Part shown: in pieces, positions 9,038-17,879 of the stretch
How the letters are laid out: each line of letters starts with the position of its first letter
Numbering within the stretch: position 1 is the first letter of the stretch
DNA from: an uncultured Kineosporiaceae bacterium
GTDB taxonomy: Bacteria; Actinomycetota; Actinomycetes; Actinomycetales; JBBAYJ01
Assembly (NCBI GenBank): GCA_964516515.1
Contig: CAZEYA010000002.1
Coordinates: forward strand, 1,075 to 65,074
DNA length: 64,000 nt
Direction of reading: 5' to 3'
Position numbers and translations under genes: made by a program
Notes under the pieces: model-generated
Seen by the model: only the letters and a program-made list of their open reading frames with translations
Told to the model about the DNA's origin: nothing
Database searches by the model: none

Positions 9038-9444
9038 ATGGACTCCTCCTCAGGCACCGTCGACGTGGTCGCGCGCTACATCGAGGAGTTCAAGAACAAG
9101 TCGCACTTCGCTGTCTTCCCGACGTTGTTCGCGTCCGACTTCCGTCACCACTTCGATTCCCGGGCCGTGGCCCCGGCTTCGAATTCTTCACGAGTGTGGG
9201 ACGCGACCTCCTGGGATCGTTCTCGGAGTTGCACGTCACGGTGGACGACCTGTTGGGCCACGATGATCTGGTGGTCGAGAGCAACACGGTCCGCGCCGTG
9301 CACAGCGGCGCCTTCGCCGGCGTCGCCGCCACCGGACGGCCGGTCACGTGGACGGAGATCCACTCCTACCGTGTCGTGGCCGGGCGCATCGCGGAGAACT
9401 GGCCCACCGTCGACGTGGAGCGACTCGTCGGGTCCCTCGGGTGA
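9038..9444 (+). pseudogene. Frameshifted paralogue of the SnoaL-like gene (copy 2)
   Basis: VDVVARYIEEFKNKSHFAVFPTLFASDFRHHFD (frame of 9038) continues as GRDLLGSFSELHVTVDDLL...VTWTEIHSYRVVAGRIAENW in the frame of 9196..9444. Relative to copy 1 (cacttcgattttcccggcc) copy 2 reads cacttcgattcccgggcc, so there is an indel near 9160. Confidence 0.7.
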
Positions 9445-9622
9445 CCCAGGCCCAGGACCGGCATGGCGACGATCTCGCGCTGGTGGCCCGGCGCGCCGGC
9501 TGGTGGCCGACCTCGACGCCCTCGGCGACGACCTGGCGATCATGCGGAGCAATCCGGACCTGGATCCTGGCGAATCGGTGCTGGCCCGGCTGCGGGAGCT
9601 GGTGACCACCGGCGGTCTGTGA
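9441..9622 (+). pseudogene. Remnant of ECF-sigma paralogue (copy 2) with ~0.45-kb internal deletion and frame change
   Basis: Starts VTQAQDRHGDDLALVAR (compare copy 1 VSLAQDRHVDDLALVAR). It then jumps, in another frame, to RRLVADLDALGDDLAIMRSNPDLDPGESVLARLRELVTTGGL*, which matches the last 42 aa of the 7215..7835 product. Confidence 0.65.
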
Positions 9623-9645
9623 TCCGACGGCGGCTGCGGCCGCCG

Positions 9646-10530
9646 TCAGGTCAGGTCACGCTCCCGGTACAGCCCCTCTTGGGCGACGCTGATGGCCAGC
9701 CGGCCGTCGCGGCTGAACATCCGGGCGTTGTTGAGCCCCCGGCTGGCCGAGGCCGAGGGGCTGTGCGTCACCGACAGCAGCCAGTCGTCGGCGCGGAACG
9801 GGCGATGGAACCACATGGCATGGTCGATGCTCGCGATGGATAACCCCGAGGCCAGCCATGAGCGGCCGTGCGCGCGCAGCACCGGTTCGAGGATGCCGTA
9901 GTCGCTGGCGTACGTCGCGACCGCGGCGTGCAGCAGCGGGTCGTCGTCGATGCCGCCCGCCAGCCGCCACCACGCCATGCTGTCCGGGGCGGGCGGGTCC
10001 TGCGGTGCCAGGAAGATCGACGGTGTCACGAACCGCAGGTCGAGCGGCTGGCTGTACGCCCAGTGTCGGGCGTTGTCATGGTCGATCTCGCCGTACAGGT
10101 CGGCCATCGAGGGCAGGCTCAGCGGATCCGGCGCCGCCGGCATGGCATCCGCGTGCTCGACGCCGTCAGCGGCCACCTGGAACGACGCGATCATCGACAG
10201 GATCGGCACCTCGTCCTGCAGCGCGTGCACCCGGCGGGCCGAGAGCGACCGGCCGTCCCGCAGTCGCTCCACCGCGAGCACGATCGGCTGGTCCAGGTCA
10301 CCAGGTCGCAGGAAGTACCCGTGCAGCGAGTGCGGCAACCGTTCGGCTGCCACTGTCCGGCCGGCCGCCATGAGCGCCTGCCCCAGCACCTGGCCACCGA
10401 AGACCCGCGGCGCGGTGTGACGCTCGCTGCGCGCGACGAAGGTGTCCGCGGCGTCGCCGGGCTTGACGTCCAGCAGATCCAGCAGCGCGGTGGTGCGCTC
10501 GACAGCTCGGGGCAGCGTCGACTCGGTCAT
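9646..10530 (-). CDS. tesB: Acyl-CoA thioesterase II
   Basis: RVFGGQVLGQALMAAGRTV...HSLHGYFLRPGD...ERLRDGRSLSARRV is the typical TesB double hot-dog signature. Start set at ATG 10530 (MTESTLPRAV). Confidence 0.85.
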   Translation of the reverse strand: MTESTLPRAVERTTALLDLLDVKPGDAADTFVARSERHTAPRVFGGQVLGQALMAAGRTVAAERLPHSLHGYFLRPGDLDQPIVLAVERLRDGRSLSARRVHALQDEVPILSMIASFQVAADGVEHADAMPAAPDPLSLPSMADLYGEIDHDNARHWAYSQPLDLRFVTPSIFLAPQDPPAPDSMAWWRLAGGIDDDPLLHAAVATYASDYGILEPVLRAHGRSWLASGLSIASIDHAMWFHRPFRADDWLLSVTHSPSASASRGLNNARMFSRDGRLAISVAQEGLYRERDLT

Positions 10531-10579
10531 TACCGAACGGTAACCGAGATCGGGCCGGCGACGATCGGACCATGGCAGC

Positions 10580-11032
10580 ATGCCCGTCATGCCTGGCCCG
10601 CTCACCGTTCGCGTCGCGCTGCGCTGGTCGGACATGGACGTGTACGGGCACGTCAACAACACTGAATTCCTCCGGCTGCTCGAACAGGCACGGGTGCAGG
10701 CGCTGCCGTTGCGGCGCGAGCCCGGCGTCACCGGCTTCCTCGTGGTCCGTAACGAGATCGAGTACCTGCGGCCGCTGCCGTACCAGGACGAGCCGGTGAG
10801 CGTGGTGATGTGGTGTACGGCGCTTCGCGGTGCCGACTTCGACCTCGGCTACGAGGTCGTGACCGACCCGGGCGCAGCCGCGACGGTCCACGCGATCGCC
10901 GCGACCACCCTCGTGGCCTACGACTTCCCGACCGAACGGCCGCGCCGGCTCACCACGGACGAGCGCGAACACCTGGCCGCGATCAGCGGCCCGCCCATCG
11001 AGTTCAGGAGGAGACGCCCAACCACACCGTGA
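10580..11032 (+). CDS. 4HBT/YbgC-type acyl-CoA thioesterase (possible DHNA-CoA thioesterase)
   Basis: VRVALRWSDMDVYGHVNNTEFLRLLEQAR is the classic hot-dog 4HBT N-terminus. The link to the men pathway rests on genomic context only. Confidence 0.75.
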   Translation: MPVMPGPLTVRVALRWSDMDVYGHVNNTEFLRLLEQARVQALPLRREPGVTGFLVVRNEIEYLRPLPYQDEPVSVVMWCTALRGADFDLGYEVVTDPGAAATVHAIAATTLVAYDFPTERPRRLTTDEREHLAAISGPPIEFRRRRPTTP

Positions 11033-12689
11033 CGTCGGTGGGGACGGCGAGGCCGGCGTCGGTGTGGATCAGCTCCGCGCTGGCCACCAGCACAGTGGCG
11101 CCGTCCGGCACGGCCACCGGCTGCTCACCCAGGTTGGCGATCACCAGCACCCCACCCGGGCGGTGCAGCGCGATCGTCTCGAACGAGTCGTATCCCTCCG
11201 CCCACGTGAGCTCGCCGAGCCCCAGGCCGAGGCTGCGACGCAACTCCAGCGCCGTCCGGTACAGCTCCAGCGTCGACCCGTCGACCCCGGTCTGCGCCGC
11301 GCGCGACAGCGCCGCCCACTGCGCAGGCTGCGGCAGCCACGAGGTCTCAGCCGGACCGAAGCCGTACGAGGGCGCGTCGCCATGCCATGGGATCGGTACC
11401 CGGCAGCCATCGCGGCCCACCATCTCACCGCCGGTCCGGACGTACGTCGGGTCCTGGCGCCGTTCGTCGGGCAGCGTCGTGTGCTCGGGCAGCCCCAGCT
11501 CCTCGCCCTGGTAGAGGTACGCCGAGCCGGGCAAGGCCAGCATGACCAGGGTCGCCGCCCGCGCCCGCAGCAGCCCCAGCTCGGTGTTCGGCTGTGGGGA
11601 GCGGCTGCTGATACCGGCGTGGCCGGCGGCGGTGGGGTCGTGCGGCGGGTACCCGAAGCGGGTGGCGTGGCGGATCACGTCGTGGTTGCTCAGCACCCAC
11701 GTCACCGGCGCACCCACCGCGCCCGACTCCTTCATCGACAGGTCGATGACCGCCCGCTGCTCCTGCGCCGCCCAGGACGTTTCCAGGTACGGAAAGTTGA
11801 AAGCCTGGTGCAGCTCGTCCGGCCGCGAATAGCGCGCCAGCCGGGAGTACGGGAAGACCCATGCCTCGGCGACAGCGATCCTGTCACCGTCGTAGGAGTC
11901 CAGCAGCCGGCGCCACTCGCGGTAGACCTCGTGCACCTCCTCCTGGTCCCACATCGGGGGCAGTGCACCGCCCTCGTTGGCGGTCGCGAACGGGTCGTGG
12001 TGCTCGGTCGGGTAGTGCCAATCCGGCAGGTCGTCCACCTTGATGAGGCTGTGCGCGACGTCGACGCGGAAACCGTCGACGCCGTGGTCGAGCCAGAACC
12101 GCATGACGTCCAGCACCTCCTCGTGCACCTCCCGGTTGGACCAGTTGAGGTCCGGCTGCGAGGAGTCGAACAGATGCAGGTACCACTGCCCGTGGCCGCC
12201 GTCGGCCTCGGTGACCCGGGTCCAGGCGGACCCGCCGAAGACCGAGCGCCAGTTGTTCGGCGGCTGGTCGCCCGCCGGGCCGATGCCGTCGCGGAACAGG
12301 TACCGCGCCCGCTCCCGGCTGCCCGGGGGCGAGGCGAGCGCGGCGGTGAACCAGACGTGCTCGTCCGAGGTGTGGTTGGGGACGAGATCGACGATGAGCC
12401 GCATGCCGAGCCGGTGGACCTCCTCGATCAGCGTCCTCGCGTCCGCCAGGGTGCCGAACCGGGGGTCTACCTGCCGGAAGTCGGCCACGTCGTAGCCGGC
12501 GTCGTGCATCGGCGACAGATAGAACGGCGAGAGCCAGATGGCGTCCACGCCCAGCTCGGCGAGATCACCCAGTCGCGAGGTGATGCCGGGCAGGTCGCCC
12601 ATCCCGTCACCGTCGGCGTCCGCGAACGAACGGGGATAGATCTGATAGAAGACCGCGCTGCGCCACCATTCCCGACCCGATTCGCTCAC
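11004..12689 (-). CDS. GH13 alpha-glucosidase / oligo-1,6-glucosidase family
   Basis: WWRSAVFYQIYPRSFADADGDGMGDLPGITSRLGDLAELGVDAIWLSPFY, then DLVPNHTSDEH, GFRVDVAH and EAW motifs. Confidence 0.9.
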   Translation of the reverse strand: MSESGREWWRSAVFYQIYPRSFADADGDGMGDLPGITSRLGDLAELGVDAIWLSPFYLSPMHDAGYDVADFRQVDPRFGTLADARTLIEEVHRLGMRLIVDLVPNHTSDEHVWFTAALASPPGSRERARYLFRDGIGPAGDQPPNNWRSVFGGSAWTRVTEADGGHGQWYLHLFDSSQPDLNWSNREVHEEVLDVMRFWLDHGVDGFRVDVAHSLIKVDDLPDWHYPTEHHDPFATANEGGALPPMWDQEEVHEVYREWRRLLDSYDGDRIAVAEAWVFPYSRLARYSRPDELHQAFNFPYLETSWAAQEQRAVIDLSMKESGAVGAPVTWVLSNHDVIRHATRFGYPPHDPTAAGHAGISSRSPQPNTELGLLRARAATLVMLALPGSAYLYQGEELGLPEHTTLPDERRQDPTYVRTGGEMVGRDGCRVPIPWHGDAPSYGFGPAETSWLPQPAQWAALSRAAQTGVDGSTLELYRTALELRRSLGLGLGELTWAEGYDSFETIALHRPGGVLVIANLGEQPVAVPDGATVLVASAELIHTDAGLAVPTDVTVWLGVSS

Positions 12690-12726
12690 CCGGTCAGCGA
12701 ACCACAGGTGCCCGCCGGATGCCCTG

Positions 12727-13122
12727 TCAGAGCGCAGGCAGGGTGTTGACCATGCTCTGGGCGGCTCGTTCGAGGTAGTCCCACAACTGGGCCTCGTACA
12801 GCGGCGGCAGGTCCAGCGACACCACGGCCGCCCGCATGTGCCGCAGCCAGCGGTCCCGGGCGTCGGGGTCGACCGCGTACGGGGCGTGCCGCATCCGCAG
12901 CCGTGGGTGGCCCCGCTGGTCGCTGTACGTCGTCGGCCCGCCCCAGTACTGCTCCAGGAACAGCAGCAGCCGCTCGGCGGCCGGGCCGAGGTCCTCCTCG
13001 GGGTACATCTCGGTCAGCACGGGGTCGGCGGCGACACCGGCGTAGAACCGCTCGACGAGCCGCCGGAACGTCTCGTGCCCGCCGACCGCGTCGTAGAACG
13101 TCTGCGTTGCCGGTTCGTTCAC
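12727..13122 (-). CDS. glbO: Group II truncated haemoglobin
   Basis: [28 protein letters not shown]...[21 protein letters not shown] is the trHbO signature. Confidence 0.85.
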   Translation of the reverse strand: MNEPATQTFYDAVGGHETFRRLVERFYAGVAADPVLTEMYPEEDLGPAAERLLLFLEQYWGGPTTYSDQRGHPRLRMRHAPYAVDPDARDRWLRHMRAAVVSLDLPPLYEAQLWDYLERAAQSMVNTLPAL

Positions 13123-13427
13123 TGCTCGCTCGCGTCACGACGAGCGGGTGGCGGGGTCCGGGAGGCGTCGGCTGCGGCGTCCTCGGCGGCGGCATCCGTC
13201 CGGAGGAACTCCGAGAACCGCTCCCGGGGTGGCGCCTCGCGTCGCTGCAGCAGGGCGGCCGCGACGGACTCGCGCTGCCGGCGGAGCAACACATAGGACA
13301 GCGCCAGCGACACCACGGCCGCCAGGCCGACGGCCAGCAGTCCCTGGGCGCCGAGGGCGCGGAGACCGACGTAGGCGACGACGAACAGGCCGATCCGCAG
13401 CGCCGAGTAGACGGCTATGGGGCGCAT
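13119..13427 (-). CDS. DUF4229 domain membrane protein
   Basis: Two-TM N-terminus [22 protein letters not shown]...[24 protein letters not shown], typical of DUF4229. 4-nt overlap with glbO. Confidence 0.7.
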   Translation of the reverse strand: MRPIAVYSALRIGLFVVAYVGLRALGAQGLLAVGLAAVVSLALSYVLLRRQRESVAAALLQRREAPPRERFSEFLRTDAAAEDAAADASRTPPPARRDASEQ

Positions 13428-13459
13428 GAGACCAGCGTAGGCCGCCTTACGCTGGCCTC

Positions 13460-13657
13460 GTGCTCTGGCTCCGCGCTGCCGTCGTGCTCGTCGTGGTCGG
13501 GCTCACCGTCTACGCCTTCATCGACTGGTTCCAGACACCACCGCCGCAGGCACGGGCGCTGCGTTACGCCTGGTGGATCGTCATCATCCTGCTGCTGCCG
13601 GTCGTCGGACCGATGCTGTGGCTGTGGGCGGGCCGGCCGTCCAGCTCGCCGCCGTAG
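13460..13657 (+). CDS. PLD nuclease N-terminal domain (PLDc_N) small membrane protein
   Basis: 65 aa, two TM segments, WWIVIILLLPVVGPMLWLWAGRP motif. Confidence 0.7.
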   Translation: MLWLRAAVVLVVVGLTVYAFIDWFQTPPPQARALRYAWWIVIILLLPVVGPMLWLWAGRPSSSPP

Positions 13658-13756
13658 ATCTCCGCTGGGTCACTGGTTCGCCACGGTCGGCCCATCGTGG
13701 AGAGTCAGTCGCGTACCACTGGGACCCTGTCGATACTGACTGCTGTGGCCACCGGG

Positions 13757-14461
13757 TCAGTCGATCGGCCCGCGCTGGCGCACGATCGTCATCCGGCGCA
13801 CGTGCGGCTCCACGACAGCCGGCGCCGCCAGCCAACGCAGCACCGCGGGAGCGTGGCTGAGTACGAGCTCCGGCTCGCGGGTCCCTTCCAGCACACCGCC
13901 GAGAATCGCGCGCCGCCGCCGTCCCCGGGCTCCCAGCCACGCGGCGGTGACCAACGCCGACCGTTCCGAGCCGTTCAGGTGGCGATCGATCAGCGGTGCC
14001 AGGCTCCACTCGACGAGGTCCAGCGCGGCCAGCAACGGTTGCCGCATCGCCTCGATCGTGGTGCCGCACTGCTTGGCGTCCGTGGCGCGGCCGCCGTCCT
14101 GCCAGCGCAACGCCGCGCCCTGCGCGCGCTCGCGGGGCGAATCCAGCGCGGCCAGTCGCTGCTGCGCCCGCGCGACGACCGCTGCCGGCCGGCCGTCATC
14201 GCCGGCCGAGCTCGGTAGCCGTTGCTGCAATGCCGGCCACAGCGTGCTGCTCTGGGCCTGGCGATAATGGTGCAACGAGTCCAGCACCTCCCACACCCAC
14301 GAGCCGACGACCCGGGCGCGGGCCTCGTCACCGTCCGGGACGGCCAGGATGACGTCGGGCAGCAGGTCGAACTCGCGCCGGAACATCCGGTGGATGTCGG
14401 CGACCTCGGCCCCGAACGCGCCCCCCGCCTCGTCATCGGTCACGGGTTCGTTATCGGTCAC
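13757..14461 (-). CDS. Hemerythrin-like domain protein (tentative)
   Basis: [14 protein letters not shown]...[16 protein letters not shown] resembles actinobacterial hemerythrin HHE-type proteins. GTG 14461 overlaps the menA stop (GTGA). Both the start and the family call are tentative. Confidence 0.5.
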   Translation of the reverse strand: MTDNEPVTDDEAGGAFGAEVADIHRMFRREFDLLPDVILAVPDGDEARARVVGSWVWEVLDSLHHYRQAQSSTLWPALQQRLPSSAGDDGRPAAVVARAQQRLAALDSPRERAQGAALRWQDGGRATDAKQCGTTIEAMRQPLLAALDLVEWSLAPLIDRHLNGSERSALVTAAWLGARGRRRRAILGGVLEGTREPELVLSHAPAVLRWLAAPAVVEPHVRRMTIVRQRGPID

Positions 14462-15357
14462 GGTGCCGCCAAGCTTAGTCCGAGGCCCAGCAGCAGGCCG
14501 TGGGCCAGCTGGTACTGCCCGGTGGTGGCAAGCACCGGGATCAGTGCCGGACCCGTGGCGCCGGCGGCGACGGTCCGTGCGGCCACCACGCCCAGCAGCG
14601 ACGCCGGCAGCGCCAGCAGCGCCCAGGGCGTGGCCAGCAGCGCAGCAGCGACGGTCGTCACCAGCGGGGTGAGCAGCAGCGCGAGGTAGAGCCGCCAGGT
14701 ACCGCGATCGCCGAGGCGGACCGCGAGCGTGCGCTTGCCGGCCCGGGTGTCGGTGGGGATGTCGCGCAGGTTGTTGACCACGAGCAGGGCGCAGGCCAGC
14801 GCCCCGACGCCGACGGCGGCAGCGGCGGTGGCGGCCTCGACCCGGTCGGCCTGGGTGTACGTCGTGCCGAGCACCGCGACGAGACCGAAGAAGACGAACA
14901 CCGACACCTCGCCGAGCCCCGCGTAGCCGTAGGGTCGCCGGCCTCCGGTGTAGAACCACGCAGCCGCGATGGCGGCCACCCCGACCACCAGCAGCCACCA
15001 GTGGCCCGACACGGCGATGAGCGCGAACCCGGCCAGCGCGGCGACACCGAAGGCGATCAGCGCCGCGGTCAGCACGGCGCGAGGCGTGGCGGTCCGGCTG
15101 CCGACCAGGCGCAGCGGACCGACGCGTTCGGCGTCGGTCCCGCGGATGCCGTCGGAGTAGTCGTTGGCGTAGTTGACGCCGACCTGCAGCGCCAGCGCGA
15201 CGACGAGTGCGAGGACCGCCCTACCGGGCTCGGTCGCCCCCAGTCCGATGGCGCAGCCGGTGCCGGCCGCCACGGGGGCGAGCGCGGCGGGCAGGGTCCG
15301 CGGCCTGGCGCCCGTCACCCAGTCCTGCGCCGTCCCCACGGTCAGCCATCGTGACAC
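14458..15357 (-). CDS. menA: 1,4-dihydroxy-2-naphthoate polyprenyltransferase
   Basis: UbiA-fold membrane protein: [35 protein letters not shown], and a second Asp-rich motif NNLRDIPTD. Confidence 0.9.
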   Translation of the reverse strand: MSRWLTVGTAQDWVTGARPRTLPAALAPVAAGTGCAIGLGATEPGRAVLALVVALALQVGVNYANDYSDGIRGTDAERVGPLRLVGSRTATPRAVLTAALIAFGVAALAGFALIAVSGHWWLLVVGVAAIAAAWFYTGGRRPYGYAGLGEVSVFVFFGLVAVLGTTYTQADRVEAATAAAAVGVGALACALLVVNNLRDIPTDTRAGKRTLAVRLGDRGTWRLYLALLLTPLVTTVAAALLATPWALLALPASLLGVVAARTVAAGATGPALIPVLATTGQYQLAHGLLLGLGLSLAAP

Positions 15358-15369
15358 GCGGGAGCCGAT

Positions 15370-15699
15370 TCAGCGGCGGTCTTCGTCGGATGCGCCGTCG
15401 CCGTCGTCGAGGTCGCGGCCACGCTCTGCGCGATTGTTCAAGCCGCGTAGGAAATCCGGATCGTCGTCCGGTCCCAGCACACTGGGTGTGGCGCGAGGTC
15501 CCGCGCCGGGTGGCCGCTGCGGGCGCGGGCGACCAGCGATCAGCCAGGCTACGCCGCCGAGGATCGGCACCAGGACGATGAGCGCCACCCAGGCCAGTCG
15601 AGGCAGTCCCCGGACTTCCGGTCCGGGCGATCGCGAGACATCAAAGAGGCAATACAGTGCGAATCCCACGATGATGAGGGTGGGCAGGTATCGCAACAT
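15370..15699 (-). CDS. PLDc_N domain small membrane protein (paralogue of 13460..13657)
   Basis: MLRYLPTLIIVGFALYCLFD...WVALIVLVPILGGVAWLIAGRP followed by an acidic tail. Confidence 0.7.
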   Translation of the reverse strand: MLRYLPTLIIVGFALYCLFDVSRSPGPEVRGLPRLAWVALIVLVPILGGVAWLIAGRPRPQRPPGAGPRATPSVLGPDDDPDFLRGLNNRAERGRDLDDGDGASDEDRR

Positions 15700-15703
15700 C
15701 TTG

Positions 15704-16936
15704 CTATCTTCCCTCGTTCGATGCGTCCTCGACAGCCGGGGGGGTCCGGGTGCCGGCGAGCAGTGCCGACACGGCGCGCCGGTCAGGCTTGCCGGGTCCC
15801 GTGACGGGCAGTAGGTCCACTACATGGATCTCCGGTGCCGCCCACCGGCCGAGTTGCGTGACCACAGTCCGCCGCCACTGGTCGCGCCGTCGCTGCGTCG
15901 CGGTGGCGCCTCCCGCGACGACGATCGCGGCGGCAACCCGTTGCCCCCACCGCGGATCGGGAAGCCCCACGACGACGACGTCGGCGACGCCCGGCTGGGC
16001 ACGCAGGACGTCCTCAACGGTTCGGGGCGACACCTTGTACCCACCGGTGACGATCATGTCGTCAGCGCGCCCGACGACCTCCAGCCGGCCGTCCTGCCAG
16101 CGTCCGAGGTCGTCGGTGACGAAGCTTCGGGCCCCGCTCGGCGTACTGCGGAAGGCGGGGTCGCCTGGCCTGCCCCGGTACCCGCGGGCCACCACGGCTC
16201 CGGAGATGACGATGCGCCCGCTCGGATCCACCGACACCGACACCCCGTCCAGCGCCGTGCCGTCGTAGACGCACCCGCCGCATGTCTCGCTGGCGCCGTA
16301 CGTCTCCACCAGTCGCACGCCAGCGGCCCGCGCGGCCTCGCGGGTCGTCGCCGGCAGTGCCGCACCACCGACGAGGACGGCGTCGAAGCTCGCCAGGGCC
16401 GTCACTGCTGCGGCGCCACCGGCGAGCACACGCGAGACCTGGGTGGGAACGAGTGAGGCATAGCGCCTGGCGCCACGCGTGGCGTGGGTGCGGGCGGCCG
16501 CTTGCAGGAAGACCTCCGGGGTGAAGCCTGCTCTCAGGTCGCACGAGACCGGTGTGGTGCGGGCGATGAGGGACCGCACGCACACCATGACCCCGGCGAC
16601 GGTGTGCGCGGGCACGCCAAGCAACCAGGTGCCGGGGCCGCCCAGACGGTCGTGGGTCGCGCCGGCCGAGGCCAGCAGCGCGGACGCGCTGAGCAGGGCC
16701 GGCTTGGCCGAGCCGGTGGAGCCGGAGGTGGACACGACCGCTGCGGTGGGGTCCGCGGTGTCGTCCTCGTCCTCGCCGAAAGGTGTGCCGGCGGCCACCT
16801 CGGCAGGGGACGGCCGGTCCGCCGGGTGCGGGTGGACCGCTGGGCCGGCACCGGACAGCGCCTCGCGCAGCGCGGGGAGCAGGTGCGTGGTCGCGTCGGA
16901 GTCGCTGACGATCGCTAGCGCCAGTACCGACCTCAT
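15704..16936 (-). CDS. menE: o-succinylbenzoate-CoA ligase
   Basis: AMP-binding motifs STSGSTGSAKPA, YGASET and GYKVSP. Short actinobacterial MenE architecture in a men gene context. Start ATG 16936 (16954 is an alternative). Confidence 0.85.
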   Translation of the reverse strand: MRSVLALAIVSDSDATTHLLPALREALSGAGPAVHPHPADRPSPAEVAAGTPFGEDEDDTADPTAAVVSTSGSTGSAKPALLSASALLASAGATHDRLGGPGTWLLGVPAHTVAGVMVCVRSLIARTTPVSCDLRAGFTPEVFLQAAARTHATRGARRYASLVPTQVSRVLAGGAAAVTALASFDAVLVGGAALPATTREAARAAGVRLVETYGASETCGGCVYDGTALDGVSVSVDPSGRIVISGAVVARGYRGRPGDPAFRSTPSGARSFVTDDLGRWQDGRLEVVGRADDMIVTGGYKVSPRTVEDVLRAQPGVADVVVVGLPDPRWGQRVAAAIVVAGGATATQRRRDQWRRTVVTQLGRWAAPEIHVVDLLPVTGPGKPDRRAVSALLAGTRTPPAVEDASNEGR

Positions 16937-16979
16937 CGAGCGAGTGACGCCCACGCGAGCCTCGTCGCCGAGCGGGGCG

Positions 16980-17786
16980 TCAGGGGGTCGCCGTAGCGGG
17001 CGCGCCGCGGCGAGCCGCCGCGGGTGCCAATGGGCAGCCGATGCACGCGGGGGAGTTGGGGTCGTGCCCGCCGCACCCGACGCCGGTGCTGCCGGCGCCC
17101 GCGCTCGCCGACACGCGACTGCCTCGTATCCCGAGTGCGGCGACGACCAGCAGCAGCGTGACGTGACCGGCGACGGCGACGCCGACCCAGCCGGTGATGA
17201 CCACGGCCAGGCCGAGGACCAAGCCGGCGAGGGTCGCCGTTACGGTGGCGCCGCGGCCCCGGGTCAGCCGGGTGGCACCGAAGGCCAGTGCAGTCAGCGC
17301 CACCGCGGGCACGGCGGCCATGCCGCTGGCCAGCAGCCAGCCGAGCACCGCTCCCCGGAACAGCACCTCCTGGGCGGCGGCGCCCACCAGGGCGGGCAGC
17401 AGCTGACCCGCGCGTGTGGGTGCGGCGGTGCGGACATCTCTGGAGCTGGACCCGGACCTGGACCGTGCCGGAGGCGGCGCTGCGGGGCGGGTCAGGACGT
17501 ACCCGAGTGCGGCCGCGCCGAGAGCAGCGATCGCGGACGCCGACACGAGCGTCGCCGGCCGGGCGGTTCCCGCCCAGTCGACGTCCGCCAGCGACACCGT
17601 GATGACGCCGACCTGCGCCCCGACGACCGTCGCCACCGCCACCAGCCAGCGCGCGCTACGGCGGCTGCGCTGCACGACGTGGATCGGCCGGGGGTCGTGA
17701 GCCATTCGGCGAAGCAGCACGTGCTCGAAAAACGTCCCCGCCATGATCAGGACGAGCAGGGCGGCGCCGGCCGCCCACCACGCCAC
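16980..17786 (-). CDS. CPBP family intramembrane glutamic endopeptidase (start uncertain)
   Basis: Multi-TM protein with the AAAQEVLFRG motif (the EExxxR-like CPBP signature). Candidate GTG starts lie at 17837, 17834 and 17786, and ATG starts at 17744 and 17705. Confidence 0.55.
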   Translation of the reverse strand: MAWWAAGAALLVLIMAGTFFEHVLLRRMAHDPRPIHVVQRSRRSARWLVAVATVVGAQVGVITVSLADVDWAGTARPATLVSASAIAALGAAALGYVLTRPAAPPPARSRSGSSSRDVRTAAPTRAGQLLPALVGAAAQEVLFRGAVLGWLLASGMAAVPAVALTALAFGATRLTRGRGATVTATLAGLVLGLAVVITGWVGVAVAGHVTLLLVVAALGIRGSRVSASAGAGSTGVGCGGHDPNSPACIGCPLAPAAARRGAPATATP

Positions 17787-17879
17787 CGAGGTCGTCGGGA
17801 ACTGGGTCGTCGCTGCGGACAGCACGGAATCCACCACCGGCACCCCAGCAGCGTAGGCCGGTGGGAAACACTGCCTGCT

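Noticed and set aside
16479-17879. A 5-prime extension that makes the menD ORF 1016 aa long.
   Set aside because: The extension is Arg/Gly/Pro-rich with no MenD homology, and it overlaps menE and the CPBP gene on the other strand. The MenD N-terminal consensus (..LVDGLVAAGVQEVVLCPGSRSAPLA) begins right after GTG 17880.
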